Below, piece after piece: positions 37,828 through 48,550 of a stretch of DNA of 64,000 nucleotides. This stretch comes from Desulfatiglandales bacterium (lineage in GTDB: Bacteria > Desulfobacterota > DSM-4660 > Desulfatiglandales > HGW-15), in assembly GCA_963667015.2 (NCBI GenBank), contig CAXXJJ010000001.1, positions 64,001 through 128,000 of the forward strand. The letters are read 5' to 3'. The notes under the pieces are model-generated. The model was not told the origin of the DNA, did no database searches, and worked only from the letters and a program-made list of their open reading frames with translations. The position numbers and the translations under genes were made by a program. The first letter of the stretch is position 1. The number at the start of each line of letters is the position of its first letter.

Positions 37828-39898
37828 ATGAAAAAATATACACTGTCTCCGGCATAAGATCTTTCTGAAAAATAAATGTCTTTCCTTTAACAGTTACCGG
37901 AGGACAATCAGGTATAGTTGAAGGTTCATTCATCGTTTCATCTAACAAGGAACCGGTTAACTGCCATACCAGGTCCTGCATCTTTTCCGGCAGGTCAACA
38001 CTTATATTGAGCCTGTTGATACGCGGAAATTTATTGACCACAATAAGTCCTGCTGTTTGCCGGTCATCACTGACTGTCAGGAGGGCATCCACTTCCGGGG
38101 AATCGGAATCCAGCACAATAACTTCATCCAGAACGGTTTTATTTATCATTGCCAGTGCATGTCCCATGGGCTTGAGTTCATATGGTGTTTTTTCAGCCTG
38201 GTAAGGTAGTGCCGGTGGGAGCATATCGGAATAAATAAGCCCTTTCATGTGACGATCATCATCCACTGTTGTAAAATAGTGAAAGGCGTTCAGACGGCCC
38301 GAAGCAAAGGCATTGCAGATTGCTCCGGTAAGCCAGAGTGCTCCAAAATGGTTGTTAACATCATATGCGCTGGAACCTGTTCCCGAACTCATACTTGTCT
38401 GGTTGATTACAATCTGCTCGACCCTGTTTCCATCAGTATCATTTTTTGCCATAATGTCTTCAGCAAGAAAAACCGCAGCTCTAAATTGCCGGGAATCGAT
38501 CAGATCGCGTTTGTCCCACAGGTCAAAGGCAATCCCGTCAACCAGTTCATCGTAACTTGCATACAGTTTTTCAGCCCAGCCTCTTCCAATGCGATTCCTT
38601 CCGCTATTTGTACTTTCAAAACCGCTGCTGCTGATGGCCATTATGTTTGAGCCCCTTACTGACCGGGGATTACCAGAAGCTTTTACACGCGTTGCCACTT
38701 CTCTCAGAAGCCCGGCATATTCAGCATAGGTAAAGGTCTTTAAATTGGGCTCATCCCATAGTGAAAACCATTGTATTCCAAGCGGGTTTTCGCTGTTAAA
38801 ATGGGTAACATAAGCCAGAACAAATTCTGCAAACTCTTTTTGTTTTTCAAGCGTAAGCGGGATGCCGAGCCAGCTGTTTTTAGAGTTGAAAATCACACTG
38901 ATCTCAGTACCCAGATCTTTCCGGAAAAATTCCATACGCTGATCTTCCCAGTTGAAGCCATTTTTTACGATGACTGAAGGATCGTCATTGTCGCCGCCCA
39001 TGGGATATTTTTCATTATAGTGTTCCCGCCACTCATGATTTGCATAGTAATTCAGGGACTTAATCCCCATATACCGGATATGCTCAAAAATTTTACTATT
39101 TTCAGACGGAAGCACACTGTATGCGCCTATAAACCCCATTGGACCTGTACGCCCAGTACCCGTAAAATCTGCATTGCCCTTTTTAAGCTCAGGCACAAAA
39201 AGATCCTCCGGATGCTGTGCAAACAGGTTCGGTATGCCATCCACCCAGAAAGATATTTTTCCTGCTTCTTTAAACTGGATATTCCATGTTCCGGGAACAG
39301 GTGAGTCTATTTTCAGGCGATCAAACCAGAGAGTTTCACGGGAATCTTTCAGGTTCAAAATGCCTTTCAGATTATTCCCAGGATCAAAAAGATAAACAGT
39401 GTCCGGTCCTTTATAATATTTCCCGCAAAGGGTAAGTGATGATGTGCCTTGTGGAACATTAAAATACAAAGGTACTTTTTGAACGTGCATGGAAAAATGG
39501 GACTTTGCAGGCTCCATTACCATTGACATATTCCCAGGTGAATCAACCCGGGCTTTTCTGTGGAAATACCCGGGGATTTCAAGCCGGTAATCTCCATCCC
39601 CTTCTGAAAAATTAAGGCCCTGGCTGCCGCCCGGGTCCCCGGGACCGATCTTTATTTTACTTAATAATTTTCCATCAGGTGCCTGAAAATAAATATGGTC
39701 TGTTGTACTGTCAGAGGCATACAGATTTTTCCAGCTTACAGTTACAGTCTCATTTGATTTTACACGCAGCCAGACAACACAATCCCTTAAATCTTTTAAT
39801 GATTTTGCAAAGCCATTTTCAGGAAAGAAAGACAGTAGTAGAAAAAAAAGGAATGAATAGCAAGTTATGTGCCTGTTAAAATATTTTGTGTTCATCAA
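37808..39898 (-). CDS. Secreted glycoside-hydrolase-like protein (clan-A TIM barrel plus beta-sandwich) in the EPS cluster
   Basis: Signal peptide; WFSLWDEPN acid/base-like motif, VDGIAFD, C-terminal LIVVNK beta-sandwich. Confidence 0.55.
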   Translation of the reverse strand: MMNTKYFNRHITCYSFLFFLLLSFFPENGFAKSLKDLRDCVVWLRVKSNETVTVSWKNLYASDSTTDHIYFQAPDGKLLSKIKIGPGDPGGSQGLNFSEGDGDYRLEIPGYFHRKARVDSPGNMSMVMEPAKSHFSMHVQKVPLYFNVPQGTSSLTLCGKYYKGPDTVYLFDPGNNLKGILNLKDSRETLWFDRLKIDSPVPGTWNIQFKEAGKISFWVDGIPNLFAQHPEDLFVPELKKGNADFTGTGRTGPMGFIGAYSVLPSENSKIFEHIRYMGIKSLNYYANHEWREHYNEKYPMGGDNDDPSVIVKNGFNWEDQRMEFFRKDLGTEISVIFNSKNSWLGIPLTLEKQKEFAEFVLAYVTHFNSENPLGIQWFSLWDEPNLKTFTYAEYAGLLREVATRVKASGNPRSVRGSNIMAISSSGFESTNSGRNRIGRGWAEKLYASYDELVDGIAFDLWDKRDLIDSRQFRAAVFLAEDIMAKNDTDGNRVEQIVINQTSMSSGTGSSAYDVNNHFGALWLTGAICNAFASGRLNAFHYFTTVDDDRHMKGLIYSDMLPPALPYQAEKTPYELKPMGHALAMINKTVLDEVIVLDSDSPEVDALLTVSDDRQTAGLIVVNKFPRINRLNISVDLPEKMQDLVWQLTGSLLDETMNEPSTIPDCPPVTVKGKTFIFQKDLMPETVYIFSFKNSAR

Positions 39899-41178
39899 AC
39901 CGTCTCCACTGGATCAGTCTGATTCCTTTTTATATCCAAGCACTGGTCAAACAGTTTTGACAGGCGCTGTACATTTTGTTCAAGATTAAATTCTTCTAAT
40001 ACAAGCCTTCGCCCTCTGGCAGCCCTGGCCGCGGCCTCGGCAGGATCTCTATAGACTTTTTCAATTGCATCTGCCAACTGATATTTATCTGCTGCATTAA
40101 CAAGATATCCTGTATCACCCTCTTTAACCAGTTCCGGTATTCCGGAAATCGCCGAAGCAATGACCGGGAGCTCTGCAGCCATTGCTTCCATAATCGAAAC
40201 CGGCACTCCTTCCATTTTCCCGGAAGGCATAATAATACTAGGCTGAACATAGCAGTGTGCTGTCTTTAAAAGTTCTGCAACTTCCAGTTGTGTCCTGGCT
40301 CCCAGTAACACTATATGGTCTTTAAGCTTTAAATCGTCGATAAGATCCATTAAACGACTTTGTTCTTCACCACCGCCGATAATTCTTAAAAAAAATGGAA
40401 TACCTTTATCCCGCAGCAGGGCACATGCCTCAATAAGATATTTCTGTCCCTTGTATGGCTGAAGACTACCGATCGAAATCAGTTCCAGTTTTTCTCCGGT
40501 CTTATGGACTTCGGAATGCCTGCTATAGTTTTCCGGTGTTATCCCGCATCGTACAATATAAATCTTCTTTCTTACCCACTCACCAAGCTTTGTCACCAGG
40601 TATTCCCTGTTAAACTCTGAAATCGCCACAATAAATGAAGCATTGCGCATCTTGGTTTCCATCATGGCAGTATGTACAAAGATATCGTGCGCATGGACAG
40701 TCATACTGTAGGATATATTTGTAAGGCGGTGAATTACCCACGCGGCAAGCGCAGGATGAGTGGCATAATGGGCGTGGATATGAGTAATATTATCCACTTT
40801 CATTAATTCCGCTGCATAAACTGCTTTTGGAATAACCACTAATGCGCGGGTCAATAGATTGAAGCTGCCAAGGTTTTCAAAAAGGGCCTGTTTCCAGACA
40901 GCTATATATGTACCTGTTTTTATTATCAGTGTGCGAAAATTCGCTTTTATTATGGCCCATGATAGAAAGGGCAGGCGGCGTACTTTTTTCATCCATGACC
41001 GGGCTTCAGGATGAACAATGTCCAGCTGCTGAATTATAAGAGGATAAAGAGCCAGATCATATCCCTGCCTGCACAGTTCCTCCATTTCACGCAAAATAAA
41101 AACTTCCGGCAAATGCGGAAACCTTGACATCATGTAGGCAATTTTAGGTTGGGCAGGATTATCGGCCATCTCAGTCAA
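39895..41178 (-). CDS. Glycosyltransferase family 4 (WcaL-like)
   Basis: MSRFP..PEVFILRE, HIHAHYATHP, TVHAHDIF, EGVPVSIMEAMA. Confidence 0.9.
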   Translation of the reverse strand: MTEMADNPAQPKIAYMMSRFPHLPEVFILREMEELCRQGYDLALYPLIIQQLDIVHPEARSWMKKVRRLPFLSWAIIKANFRTLIIKTGTYIAVWKQALFENLGSFNLLTRALVVIPKAVYAAELMKVDNITHIHAHYATHPALAAWVIHRLTNISYSMTVHAHDIFVHTAMMETKMRNASFIVAISEFNREYLVTKLGEWVRKKIYIVRCGITPENYSRHSEVHKTGEKLELISIGSLQPYKGQKYLIEACALLRDKGIPFFLRIIGGGEEQSRLMDLIDDLKLKDHIVLLGARTQLEVAELLKTAHCYVQPSIIMPSGKMEGVPVSIMEAMAAELPVIASAISGIPELVKEGDTGYLVNAADKYQLADAIEKVYRDPAEAAARAARGRRLVLEEFNLEQNVQRLSKLFDQCLDIKRNQTDPVETV

Positions 41179-41193
41179 CAGGCTCTAAATTCA

Positions 41194-42630
41194 TCAAAGA
41201 TTTGGGTTATTTTTTTTGGGGGAAATTCGCAGACAAACCTGTGAAATGCCCAGTGAAAGCCAAAAATATTTATGAAAATTGATGGACAGAAATAAAGATG
41301 CACTCAGAATGACCCAGAAGCCAATAGAATAGGCTATAATCAGGTTTTCCATTTCAGGGTCTCCTTCCTGTCTGGAATGTTTCCAGGCACTATAAAAATT
41401 CCTTATTGCAGTAATTATCATCAGCATAAAAAAACAAAGACCGATAAGCCCTGTACCGGCCAGCACTTCCACATATGCATTATGGGCGACACGTTTCGGG
41501 GATTCATCCTCCCGGGCATATTTTACCGTCCACTTGGATTCACCATACACATCTCTAAATGTTCCGGGACCGGTTCCGAGTATTGGATGTTCCTTGAAAT
41601 TATCATAGGCAACTATCAGGTATGAAAATCTTCTGCCCACTGAAAAATCCGTTTCACGGTCTGTCATGGTTTTCTGGCGATCCCAGTAGGAATCAGGAAC
41701 AAATACAGCTATGCAGATAATAGCAACAGTTACCCCCATTAAAATAAAACCAAAAAATTTAGGTCTGAGAAAGCGTATGTACTGAATCGCTATCAGAATC
41801 AACGTCCCCAGCAAAATTACCGCACCGGTCCTTGAATATGTGTTAATGACAGCAACCATGCATAATCCGAAAAATAACATTATAATGAATTTTTTTAAAC
41901 GTGCCTTTTTTCTGTGTATTATAAAGGCAAAGATCGGTAACGCAAAGGCCATCATTATGGCAAATTCATTGGGATCCCCGGCACCGCCGGTAATCCTGCT
42001 GAATTCTGAACGGACGCTCAATAAAAAAAGCGGGCTTCGTGTAAAATATCCAAACAGCGACAGAAGTACACTGACGGATGTGGAAAAAACGATCAGGGCC
42101 GGTAACGTGTATTTGAATTCCTTTTTAGAAACAAATGCAAGTGCCATTAAGAAAAACACAAATCCGGTAATATAACGACGGAGTGTATTGTATGAATCAA
42201 AATGATACTCTGACATCATTGCTGAAACCAGACAGACAAGCCAGAATATCAGAAGCCATTTCCAGAGGTTGGATCTAAAATCATAATTGTGATCGCGATA
42301 GAGTATATAGTGAAGAATTAAAACAACCACAGTCAGGACACCTATCAATTTGGGAATAGTCAAAAACCGGTAGGTTTCAGAAAGAACGGTGAACTCGTTA
42401 AAAGGTGTCAAAAATAAAATAGCATAAAATCCGATATGTGGTTTTTTCCATATTAAAAATATAAACGGAAGGGAGAGTGCCGGAACCACGGCGAATTTGT
42501 AATTCGGGCCGGTCAGGAGCAGCATAGATACTGAAACAAGGAAAGCCATTGTTATACTCAAGCCCGGGTTGGCTAACATAAACTGTGTCAGTTTGTTATC
42601 CTTAAAATGATACAATATAAATCCTTTCAT
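41194..42630 (-). CDS. wzy: Wzy polymerase / O-antigen ligase family membrane protein
   Basis: Multiple TM; RITG..GDPNEFA, TYSRTG, HPILGTGPGTF, AHNAY..VLAGTG. Confidence 0.8.
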   Translation of the reverse strand: MKGFILYHFKDNKLTQFMLANPGLSITMAFLVSVSMLLLTGPNYKFAVVPALSLPFIFLIWKKPHIGFYAILFLTPFNEFTVLSETYRFLTIPKLIGVLTVVVLILHYILYRDHNYDFRSNLWKWLLIFWLVCLVSAMMSEYHFDSYNTLRRYITGFVFFLMALAFVSKKEFKYTLPALIVFSTSVSVLLSLFGYFTRSPLFLLSVRSEFSRITGGAGDPNEFAIMMAFALPIFAFIIHRKKARLKKFIIMLFFGLCMVAVINTYSRTGAVILLGTLILIAIQYIRFLRPKFFGFILMGVTVAIICIAVFVPDSYWDRQKTMTDRETDFSVGRRFSYLIVAYDNFKEHPILGTGPGTFRDVYGESKWTVKYAREDESPKRVAHNAYVEVLAGTGLIGLCFFMLMIITAIRNFYSAWKHSRQEGDPEMENLIIAYSIGFWVILSASLFLSINFHKYFWLSLGISQVCLRISPKKNNPNL

Positions 42631-42648
42631 ATTGTTTACTGCAGACAG

Positions 42649-43764
42649 CTATGCGAAGCTTTTTTTAAGAAAATACCTGTCAATCATATGCCCGTTCAAT
42701 TCTGTTAAAGGCTTATAGCTTACAATATAGTTATATTTATAGTTCGGGTTATCAGATGCAAACTGCTTCACAACCTGCCCTTCGCATCGGGCTCTTTTTA
42801 ATTTAACTCTCTTTTTTTTTCGGATCTCCGTCTCCAGAAGAAAATGCTGAGTTCCGTCTTCGATAACCTGGTTTGAATACATCCTGAAATGAAAATCATT
42901 TATGTCAAATAGAGTTATATCTCCGGTGTATTTATGTGCTGTATCCGCTGACTCTTTATCTTTAATGTATACCCTAGCTCTTTCATGTCTTATTCTCTCG
43001 ACAAGTCGTTTTTCTTTATATTTTTTTAATATTCTGGACTCGACAAGACTCATCCAGATGAAACTTCCTGTTTTGGTAACGACCATCCAGCTCATCTTAT
43101 AGCCAGTGAAAATAATTGTATTAATATCTTTAATCAAACTTCTGGAGCGAAGAATCTGGCGATTATCAATCAGGGTCCTGAGCCTTTTTGATGTGCTGTG
43201 TGGTGTAAAAAGCTGGGAATAACCTATCATTCCAGGTTTTACAAGAAAGCGAACATCATAATTGGGAATTTGCCTGCATTGCTTTTCATAAATTTCAGGT
43301 CGTTCAGGCCTTGGCCCAATAAAATCCATATCACCTTTGAGAATATTAAATAGCTGGGGTAATTCGTCCAGCCGCGTATCTCTTAATATTTTACTGTGAT
43401 AATCGATTTTGATAATGCCTGGAGTAAGCAGGCGGGATCCAATAATCTTATCCGAATCCAAAGGTAATGTTCTAAACTTATACATAATATAAGGACGTTT
43501 TCCACAGCCAAGCCTGGTACCCTTATATAAAATAGGGCCGCCATCTTTTAATTTTATTATCAAGGACACGGCAATAAGCAACGGGCTTGATACCGCAATC
43601 AGCACAAGTGAAAGAACAAAATTGAAAAGAGTAATTGAACATCTGGTTTTGGGCGCGTACCCGCCAATGCAGGTGCGGCTGTTCCTGGACATTGATTTGG
43701 GGCAATTAGGCATTTCTCTATCATTTTGTTTTTGGATCATAGAGAATACCCGCTTAAATAACAT
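42649..43764 (-). CDS. Priming (undecaprenyl-phosphate) sugar transferase with extra C-terminal PilZ-like domain
   Basis: DGGPILY..RLG, MYKFRTL, RLDELPQLFNILKGDM.FIGPRPE, VKPGMIG; extension EKRLVERIR...LFDINDFHF. Confidence 0.8.
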   Translation of the reverse strand: MLFKRVFSMIQKQNDREMPNCPKSMSRNSRTCIGGYAPKTRCSITLFNFVLSLVLIAVSSPLLIAVSLIIKLKDGGPILYKGTRLGCGKRPYIMYKFRTLPLDSDKIIGSRLLTPGIIKIDYHSKILRDTRLDELPQLFNILKGDMDFIGPRPERPEIYEKQCRQIPNYDVRFLVKPGMIGYSQLFTPHSTSKRLRTLIDNRQILRSRSLIKDINTIIFTGYKMSWMVVTKTGSFIWMSLVESRILKKYKEKRLVERIRHERARVYIKDKESADTAHKYTGDITLFDINDFHFRMYSNQVIEDGTQHFLLETEIRKKKRVKLKRARCEGQVVKQFASDNPNYKYNYIVSYKPLTELNGHMIDRYFLKKSFA

Positions 43765-43911
43765 GTTCGAATCAATTTTAAATATTCAGGAACCACCAGG
43801 TTACAGAGCCAATCCTTTAGGGAATAATGCAACATATAAAATAATGAAGATAAAAAAAATAATAAAAAAAATCTTTGTATCATGCCATTCCCGGTGTCTG
43901 AAAATAACAAT

Positions 43912-45330
43912 CTAACAGTTGTTTTCCCATCGCTTTATAGAGAAAATTACAGGCAACTGTGTAATCCGATTGACATCTTCCGGATGCTTAAATGTATGAT
44001 CGAAATATTCTTGCATGAATCCAAGACTGCATCCAATTAGAAGACCAATGATAAGCCCCATGACAACAACCAGTTTCCTTTTCGGAAAAACCGGACCATC
44101 CGATGGAAACGCCCTGCTTATAACCGAAACCGGAGACAATGCGCCGCCTGAGGTATCATACAATTTTATTTCTTCTGTACGTTTATAAAATGCCTCGTAG
44201 GAATTCTGGAAAAGGTTCAGTTCCCGCTGGATCCTATTCATGTCAACGAGTTGTTTATGAAGAGTGACATTTTGCGTGTTTATAGATTTAATCTGATTTT
44301 CAATTCGTAAAATTTTCTTTTGAACACTTTCCAATTCTTTATTTATAATCCATTGTTGAATCTTCACTTCCGCTTTGTATTTTTTATATGTAGATTCGAT
44401 CTGTTTTTCGATCAAAGCGACTTTTTCACTTTTTTGATGATACTTTCGTAAAATATTACCTTTTTCAATAAAAAGCTCCTGAAGCTTCAAGCCCATCGTT
44501 TCCAGGACACCGTTCCCTGGAAACGAAAAAGACTGAATGGCATCATTCTTCAACAATATAACAAGGTTGTCAGCTATCAGCTTCTTATCTGCTTTCTCAT
44601 TCTGCAACAGATTCAGCTGCTGCTCAAGCTGAATTTTTAAAGTGAGGTTGTTGACTATCTCCTTTTCAGGGTCAGATACCCTATTTTTATTAACCACGTC
44701 CGTCAACTCACTGGTTTTAAGCTCCATTCCCTCTCTGAATTTTTCTGTGTTATCTTTAAAAAACTTTTGCTTGACCGGATTGTAGACATCTGCACGATAG
44801 ATGATATATTGATCAAGAAGTGCGTTTAATATTTTGACTGCACTCTCCGGGTTCCTGTCAAGCAACGCTATTTCAATGACATTAGAGGCCGGAACTATCT
44901 TGGTTCTGAGTTTTGACTTAATCTTATAAATTTCATTATAGGCAAAAGACTGTGAATCACCTTTTTCCCAGAACTTCAACGTCCTGAAAAAGCCGCCTTT
45001 TTGAAGGTCATCATAAAATCCGGCAGCCTCAAGCTGTTTATAGGTTCTTTCAATCACTTCAAAGGATGTCAATGTCTCAATTTCAGAAGACAGATCTTCC
45101 TTACTCAGTTCAAATCGGTTAATCTGTTCCCTTACCTCTTCCAGCGCTGCCTGGTTTTTCTCAACACTTTTTTCTCTGACAAGAATAGAGGCAGTTGCAG
45201 AAAAAGTAGATGGCCAGAACAGCGCGATCAGGATAGACAGGCAGAAGATTATTACTGTTGTGGTGATAATCAGTTTCTGCTGTGCAAAAACAATATTGAG
45301 AATTTCCCGTTTGATATCTTCTGTTTGCAT
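43912..45330 (-). CDS. Polysaccharide co-polymerase (GumC/Wzc N-terminal, Wzz-like)
   Basis: N- and C-terminal TMs, coiled-coil middle, PVFPKRKL..GL..G..LGFMQEYFDHTFKHPEDV. Confidence 0.85.
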   Translation of the reverse strand: MQTEDIKREILNIVFAQQKLIITTTVIIFCLSILIALFWPSTFSATASILVREKSVEKNQAALEEVREQINRFELSKEDLSSEIETLTSFEVIERTYKQLEAAGFYDDLQKGGFFRTLKFWEKGDSQSFAYNEIYKIKSKLRTKIVPASNVIEIALLDRNPESAVKILNALLDQYIIYRADVYNPVKQKFFKDNTEKFREGMELKTSELTDVVNKNRVSDPEKEIVNNLTLKIQLEQQLNLLQNEKADKKLIADNLVILLKNDAIQSFSFPGNGVLETMGLKLQELFIEKGNILRKYHQKSEKVALIEKQIESTYKKYKAEVKIQQWIINKELESVQKKILRIENQIKSINTQNVTLHKQLVDMNRIQRELNLFQNSYEAFYKRTEEIKLYDTSGGALSPVSVISRAFPSDGPVFPKRKLVVVMGLIIGLLIGCSLGFMQEYFDHTFKHPEDVNRITQLPVIFSIKRWENNC

Positions 45331-45372
45331 GTTAGCTGTTCTCTACTTTACAAATATAATAAGGTTATCGGT

Positions 45373-46482
45373 TTAGTTATCTGTGTCAGGAGCTTCATCA
45401 TGCAACTCCCATGATAGACTGCCGCTCCACCCTCTGAAGAACAGTATATCTCCAATCTGCTGGGAGACTTCGGACGCCTTTGCTATCCATGTTTTTGGGA
45501 CAAATATAACATCATCCGGTTGAAGATAGAAAAGATCGCCTGTGTCGTTAAAAGACAGTGCTTCGGAGACATCAATCCTGGTTGCAATGATTTTGCCCTT
45601 CTGTTTTCGGGCTACAATCACACTGTTAAGATTTGCACCCGGGGAATATCCTCCGGCCATGGTCAATGCCTTCAACACGGAAACAGGTCTTGTAATGGCA
45701 TAATTGCCAGGTTTATTAACCTGCCCAACGATATATATCAGGCTTCCGGAATGCTTTTCCAGGAAGAGATCACAATTAAGTCCATGCATAATCAATGCAT
45801 ACTTATCATTCAGAATCTTCCCTACCGCAGGAATAGTGTTCCCTGCGACCATAACATCACCCACCATGGGGAACGTGGCACAGCCATCCGGTCTTACTGT
45901 TACAAGACGGCTGAGCCCCCTGGGGGCTGTGTGCAGATCATTTTTCAATTCCTTTATAGCTGAACGGAAATCTCCTACTACAATATAGAGCTCAGGTATC
46001 TGGAGAACCTCTTTCTCCCGGTATAGACTTTCCAATTCTTCAGTCAGTTCGTCAACTGTTTTACCGATAACATAAATATTACCAATATAGGGCAATGATA
46101 TTGTCCCGTCCGGACGGACATTTTGTGTCTCATCCAATTCGGGAGTATTTTCAAACTTGACGGTAATTTCCTGGTCCACGGCAAGAGTGAAGCGTTCGTT
46201 AGGCTTCCATGTTTGTATTTGAAATAGCACATCCAGGACATCTCCCGGTGCAATATGATATTCTGTAAAAAGGTCTTCAGAGTGAGGCAATTCTCCCTCC
46301 GAAGAGATTTCTGTGAACTCCTTCGTTGTCATGGTTGCATTGTATTTTGAACAACCATTTATTAACAATGGGAGAGAAATGGCTGCAATAAATGTGACTT
46401 GTATTAAAATTCGCTTTAACAGGATATGAAATTGATTATTTGTTACCATAAAAAACCTTTGGAATATAATATCTTCGTTCAT
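45373..46482 (-). CDS. wza: Polysaccharide export lipoprotein (Wza/OPX, SLBB)
   Basis: Lipobox LINGC; YHIAPGDVL, VRPDGTISLPYIG, IVGQVNKPG, LQPDDVIFVP. The start may be 46450. Confidence 0.85.
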   Translation of the reverse strand: MNEDIIFQRFFMVTNNQFHILLKRILIQVTFIAAISLPLLINGCSKYNATMTTKEFTEISSEGELPHSEDLFTEYHIAPGDVLDVLFQIQTWKPNERFTLAVDQEITVKFENTPELDETQNVRPDGTISLPYIGNIYVIGKTVDELTEELESLYREKEVLQIPELYIVVGDFRSAIKELKNDLHTAPRGLSRLVTVRPDGCATFPMVGDVMVAGNTIPAVGKILNDKYALIMHGLNCDLFLEKHSGSLIYIVGQVNKPGNYAITRPVSVLKALTMAGGYSPGANLNSVIVARKQKGKIIATRIDVSEALSFNDTGDLFYLQPDDVIFVPKTWIAKASEVSQQIGDILFFRGWSGSLSWELHDEAPDTDN

Positions 46483-47176
46483 TCATAACAACACCCAAAA
46501 CATTGGTGCCTATGTTTTTCAGTTTCTCAATTGCATAAAGTGCAACTTCCCATTTTGTCTTCTCACATGCAACCGTCATTACAGCGGCATCAAAATATTT
46601 TGAAATAAGGATTGAGTCTGAACTTCCCAGTATCGAGTTGCCATCAAAAATGACATAATCAAACTCATCGATAAGAGTTTCAAACTTGCGGAAGTCAGAC
46701 TCATTTATGGAAAATCGTTTTTCAGAGGTTATATTACCCATGGTTAAAAGATTCAGGTTATCATACGCTGTATTACGCAGGATTAATTCCGAACCTATAT
46801 CCGAATTAAAAAAATCAGAAAGGCCCGGTGAACTCTGAATTCCGAAAAGTGAGTGAAGCATCGGTGAACGGGGGTTTCCGTCCACGAGCAACACACTGGA
46901 CCGTTCATTGATTGTCAGGGCATATGCCATTTGTATAGCTGTCGTGCTTTTACCTTCCGAATTGTTGCAGCTTGTGACGTAAATAGTTTTGATGTCATTG
47001 CCGGCGCCACGGATATTGCTTTCTACCATTGCAAGCTCTGTCAGATTGTCCTTCATCCGCTCTTCAAAATCTGTAGGAAGCCTGGGAATCAACTCCTGCG
47101 AAGAATCATCTATGGGTTCCATGATTTCCTTTTCTAATTCATCATTATTATCATTTGTTTTCATAATATAGTTCAA
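46436..47176 (-). CDS. CpsD/CapB-family BY-kinase domain protein
   Basis: VTSCNNSEGKST Walker A, VLLVDGN.RSP, FDYVIFD, GVVMN..YYIP. Confidence 0.85.
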   Translation of the reverse strand: MNYIMKTNDNNDELEKEIMEPIDDSSQELIPRLPTDFEERMKDNLTELAMVESNIRGAGNDIKTIYVTSCNNSEGKSTTAIQMAYALTINERSSVLLVDGNPRSPMLHSLFGIQSSPGLSDFFNSDIGSELILRNTAYDNLNLLTMGNITSEKRFSINESDFRKFETLIDEFDYVIFDGNSILGSSDSILISKYFDAAVMTVACEKTKWEVALYAIEKLKNIGTNVLGVVMNERRYYIPKVFYGNK

Positions 47177-47261
47177 AGAAAGAATTATTAAATATCGCTT
47201 ATATTAATTTTAAAAAGAATGATAAATTTTTATAAAACCATCAATAACAATTTTTATTTAT

Positions 47262-47277
47262 TTCAAGATCTATGCCA
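47262..47277 (-). promoter_or_regulatory. Possible sigma-54-like promoter for the EPS export operon
   Basis: TGGCATAGATCTTGAA: strong -24 box, -12 GA instead of GC. Confidence 0.35.
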
Positions 47278-47504
47278 AAATTGCTCTACTAATATACATC
47301 CAGTTATCTTACACATTAATATCGGTTAGTTAGCTAGAATTAATAAATTAATTATCAAATATAGTTACCATACACCATATCTGCCTGATATTTTCTTCCG
47401 ATCCAAAGACAATTTTTTGACTCAATTTACAAGCTTTTTTTAGAAGAGTGAAAAAATACCTATAGCGAAAGCAGCATATCTTATAAATTTGATTGAAAGA
47501 AAAG

Positions 47505-47560
47505 AAGGGCACGATGCGTTCGCCCCACCATAGCTTTAGCTACGGTTGATCGTACCTCTG
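47505..47560. repeat. Degenerate nested palindrome (REP-like)
   Basis: Outer AGGGCACGAT...ATCGTACCTCT stem enclosing CCATAGC-TTTA-GCTACGG. Confidence 0.45.
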
Positions 47561-47623
47561 CTATTCTAAACGAGGATGTTTCCTGGAATTATTTTCATGC
47601 TTTTTGCGGAAGTCGAGATTACA

Positions 47624-48484
47624 CTAACTTCCTGCAGCTATCCTGATAGATGATTCCATTGACTTATTCGCTTCTTTTGCCGAATCAGCCTCGATATTCA
47701 GTTTTTCCCGTATCCTTTCGATGGAGACAAGCTTGTTATTTCTTAAAGACGGGGTGAGGAAAGATTTCAGCTTTACCTCGAGCATTCTTGGATGCATTTT
47801 GCTCTTAATGGCAAGGATTCCTGATAGGATCATTTTCTGGAGAAGCAGTTCCTGGTTGGTCCTTTCACGGATATTTGCGGCAAATGGCAGCAAAAAAAAG
47901 TTTGAAAAGATTACGCCATAAAGGGTGGATGTCAGGGCAATAGGTATTGTTTTTATAATGACGGAAGTATCTCCTATGCCTGCGATCATGCCGATTAATC
48001 CGACTATACTGCCAATAAGTCCGAATGCAGGACATATCTCGGCAATTGTCCTTAATATCCTTTCTGATTCCTCCCGGCGTATTTTGAAGAAGGCCATTTC
48101 AGTATGTAAAATCTCTGTCATCTCCCTGTCCGGATACCCGTCTACGAGAAACCCCAGGGCACGTCTCAGGAAAAGAATGGATGTTTCCTCTTCTTCCTGA
48201 AGAGACAGGAGCCCCTTTATTCTGCTTTTGACTGAAATATCTATCATTATCTCAACAATCTCTTCAGGTTTTTTAGCAGGCTGACAGTTGGATCTTTTTA
48301 TTACCTGCCACAAATTCATCAGGCTCTCGATCTTAAAACTGATCAGTGTGGCACCCAGTGTACCGCCAATGACAATGCACAGGGCCGCCAGGTTAAAATA
48401 CAGGCTTACATGCCCGTTAAATGCAAAACCAACAAAGATCAAAACACCGCAGCAAATCAGCCCTATAAATTTTTTTCTTTCCAT
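47624..48484 (-). CDS. motA: MotA-family stator subunit
   Basis: IVIGGTLGATLIS, SRIKGLLSL, FLRRALGFLVDG, CPAFGLIGSIVGLI, ALTSTLYG, LPFA. Confidence 0.8.
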   Translation of the reverse strand: MERKKFIGLICCGVLIFVGFAFNGHVSLYFNLAALCIVIGGTLGATLISFKIESLMNLWQVIKRSNCQPAKKPEEIVEIMIDISVKSRIKGLLSLQEEEETSILFLRRALGFLVDGYPDREMTEILHTEMAFFKIRREESERILRTIAEICPAFGLIGSIVGLIGMIAGIGDTSVIIKTIPIALTSTLYGVIFSNFFLLPFAANIRERTNQELLLQKMILSGILAIKSKMHPRMLEVKLKSFLTPSLRNNKLVSIERIREKLNIEADSAKEANKSMESSIRIAAGS

Positions 48485-48550
48485 TGCCTGCCCTTAATAT
48501 TCTTTTATTCCATTAATGTTGTTTGCCGGTTAAAACCTTTTCATCTCGCT

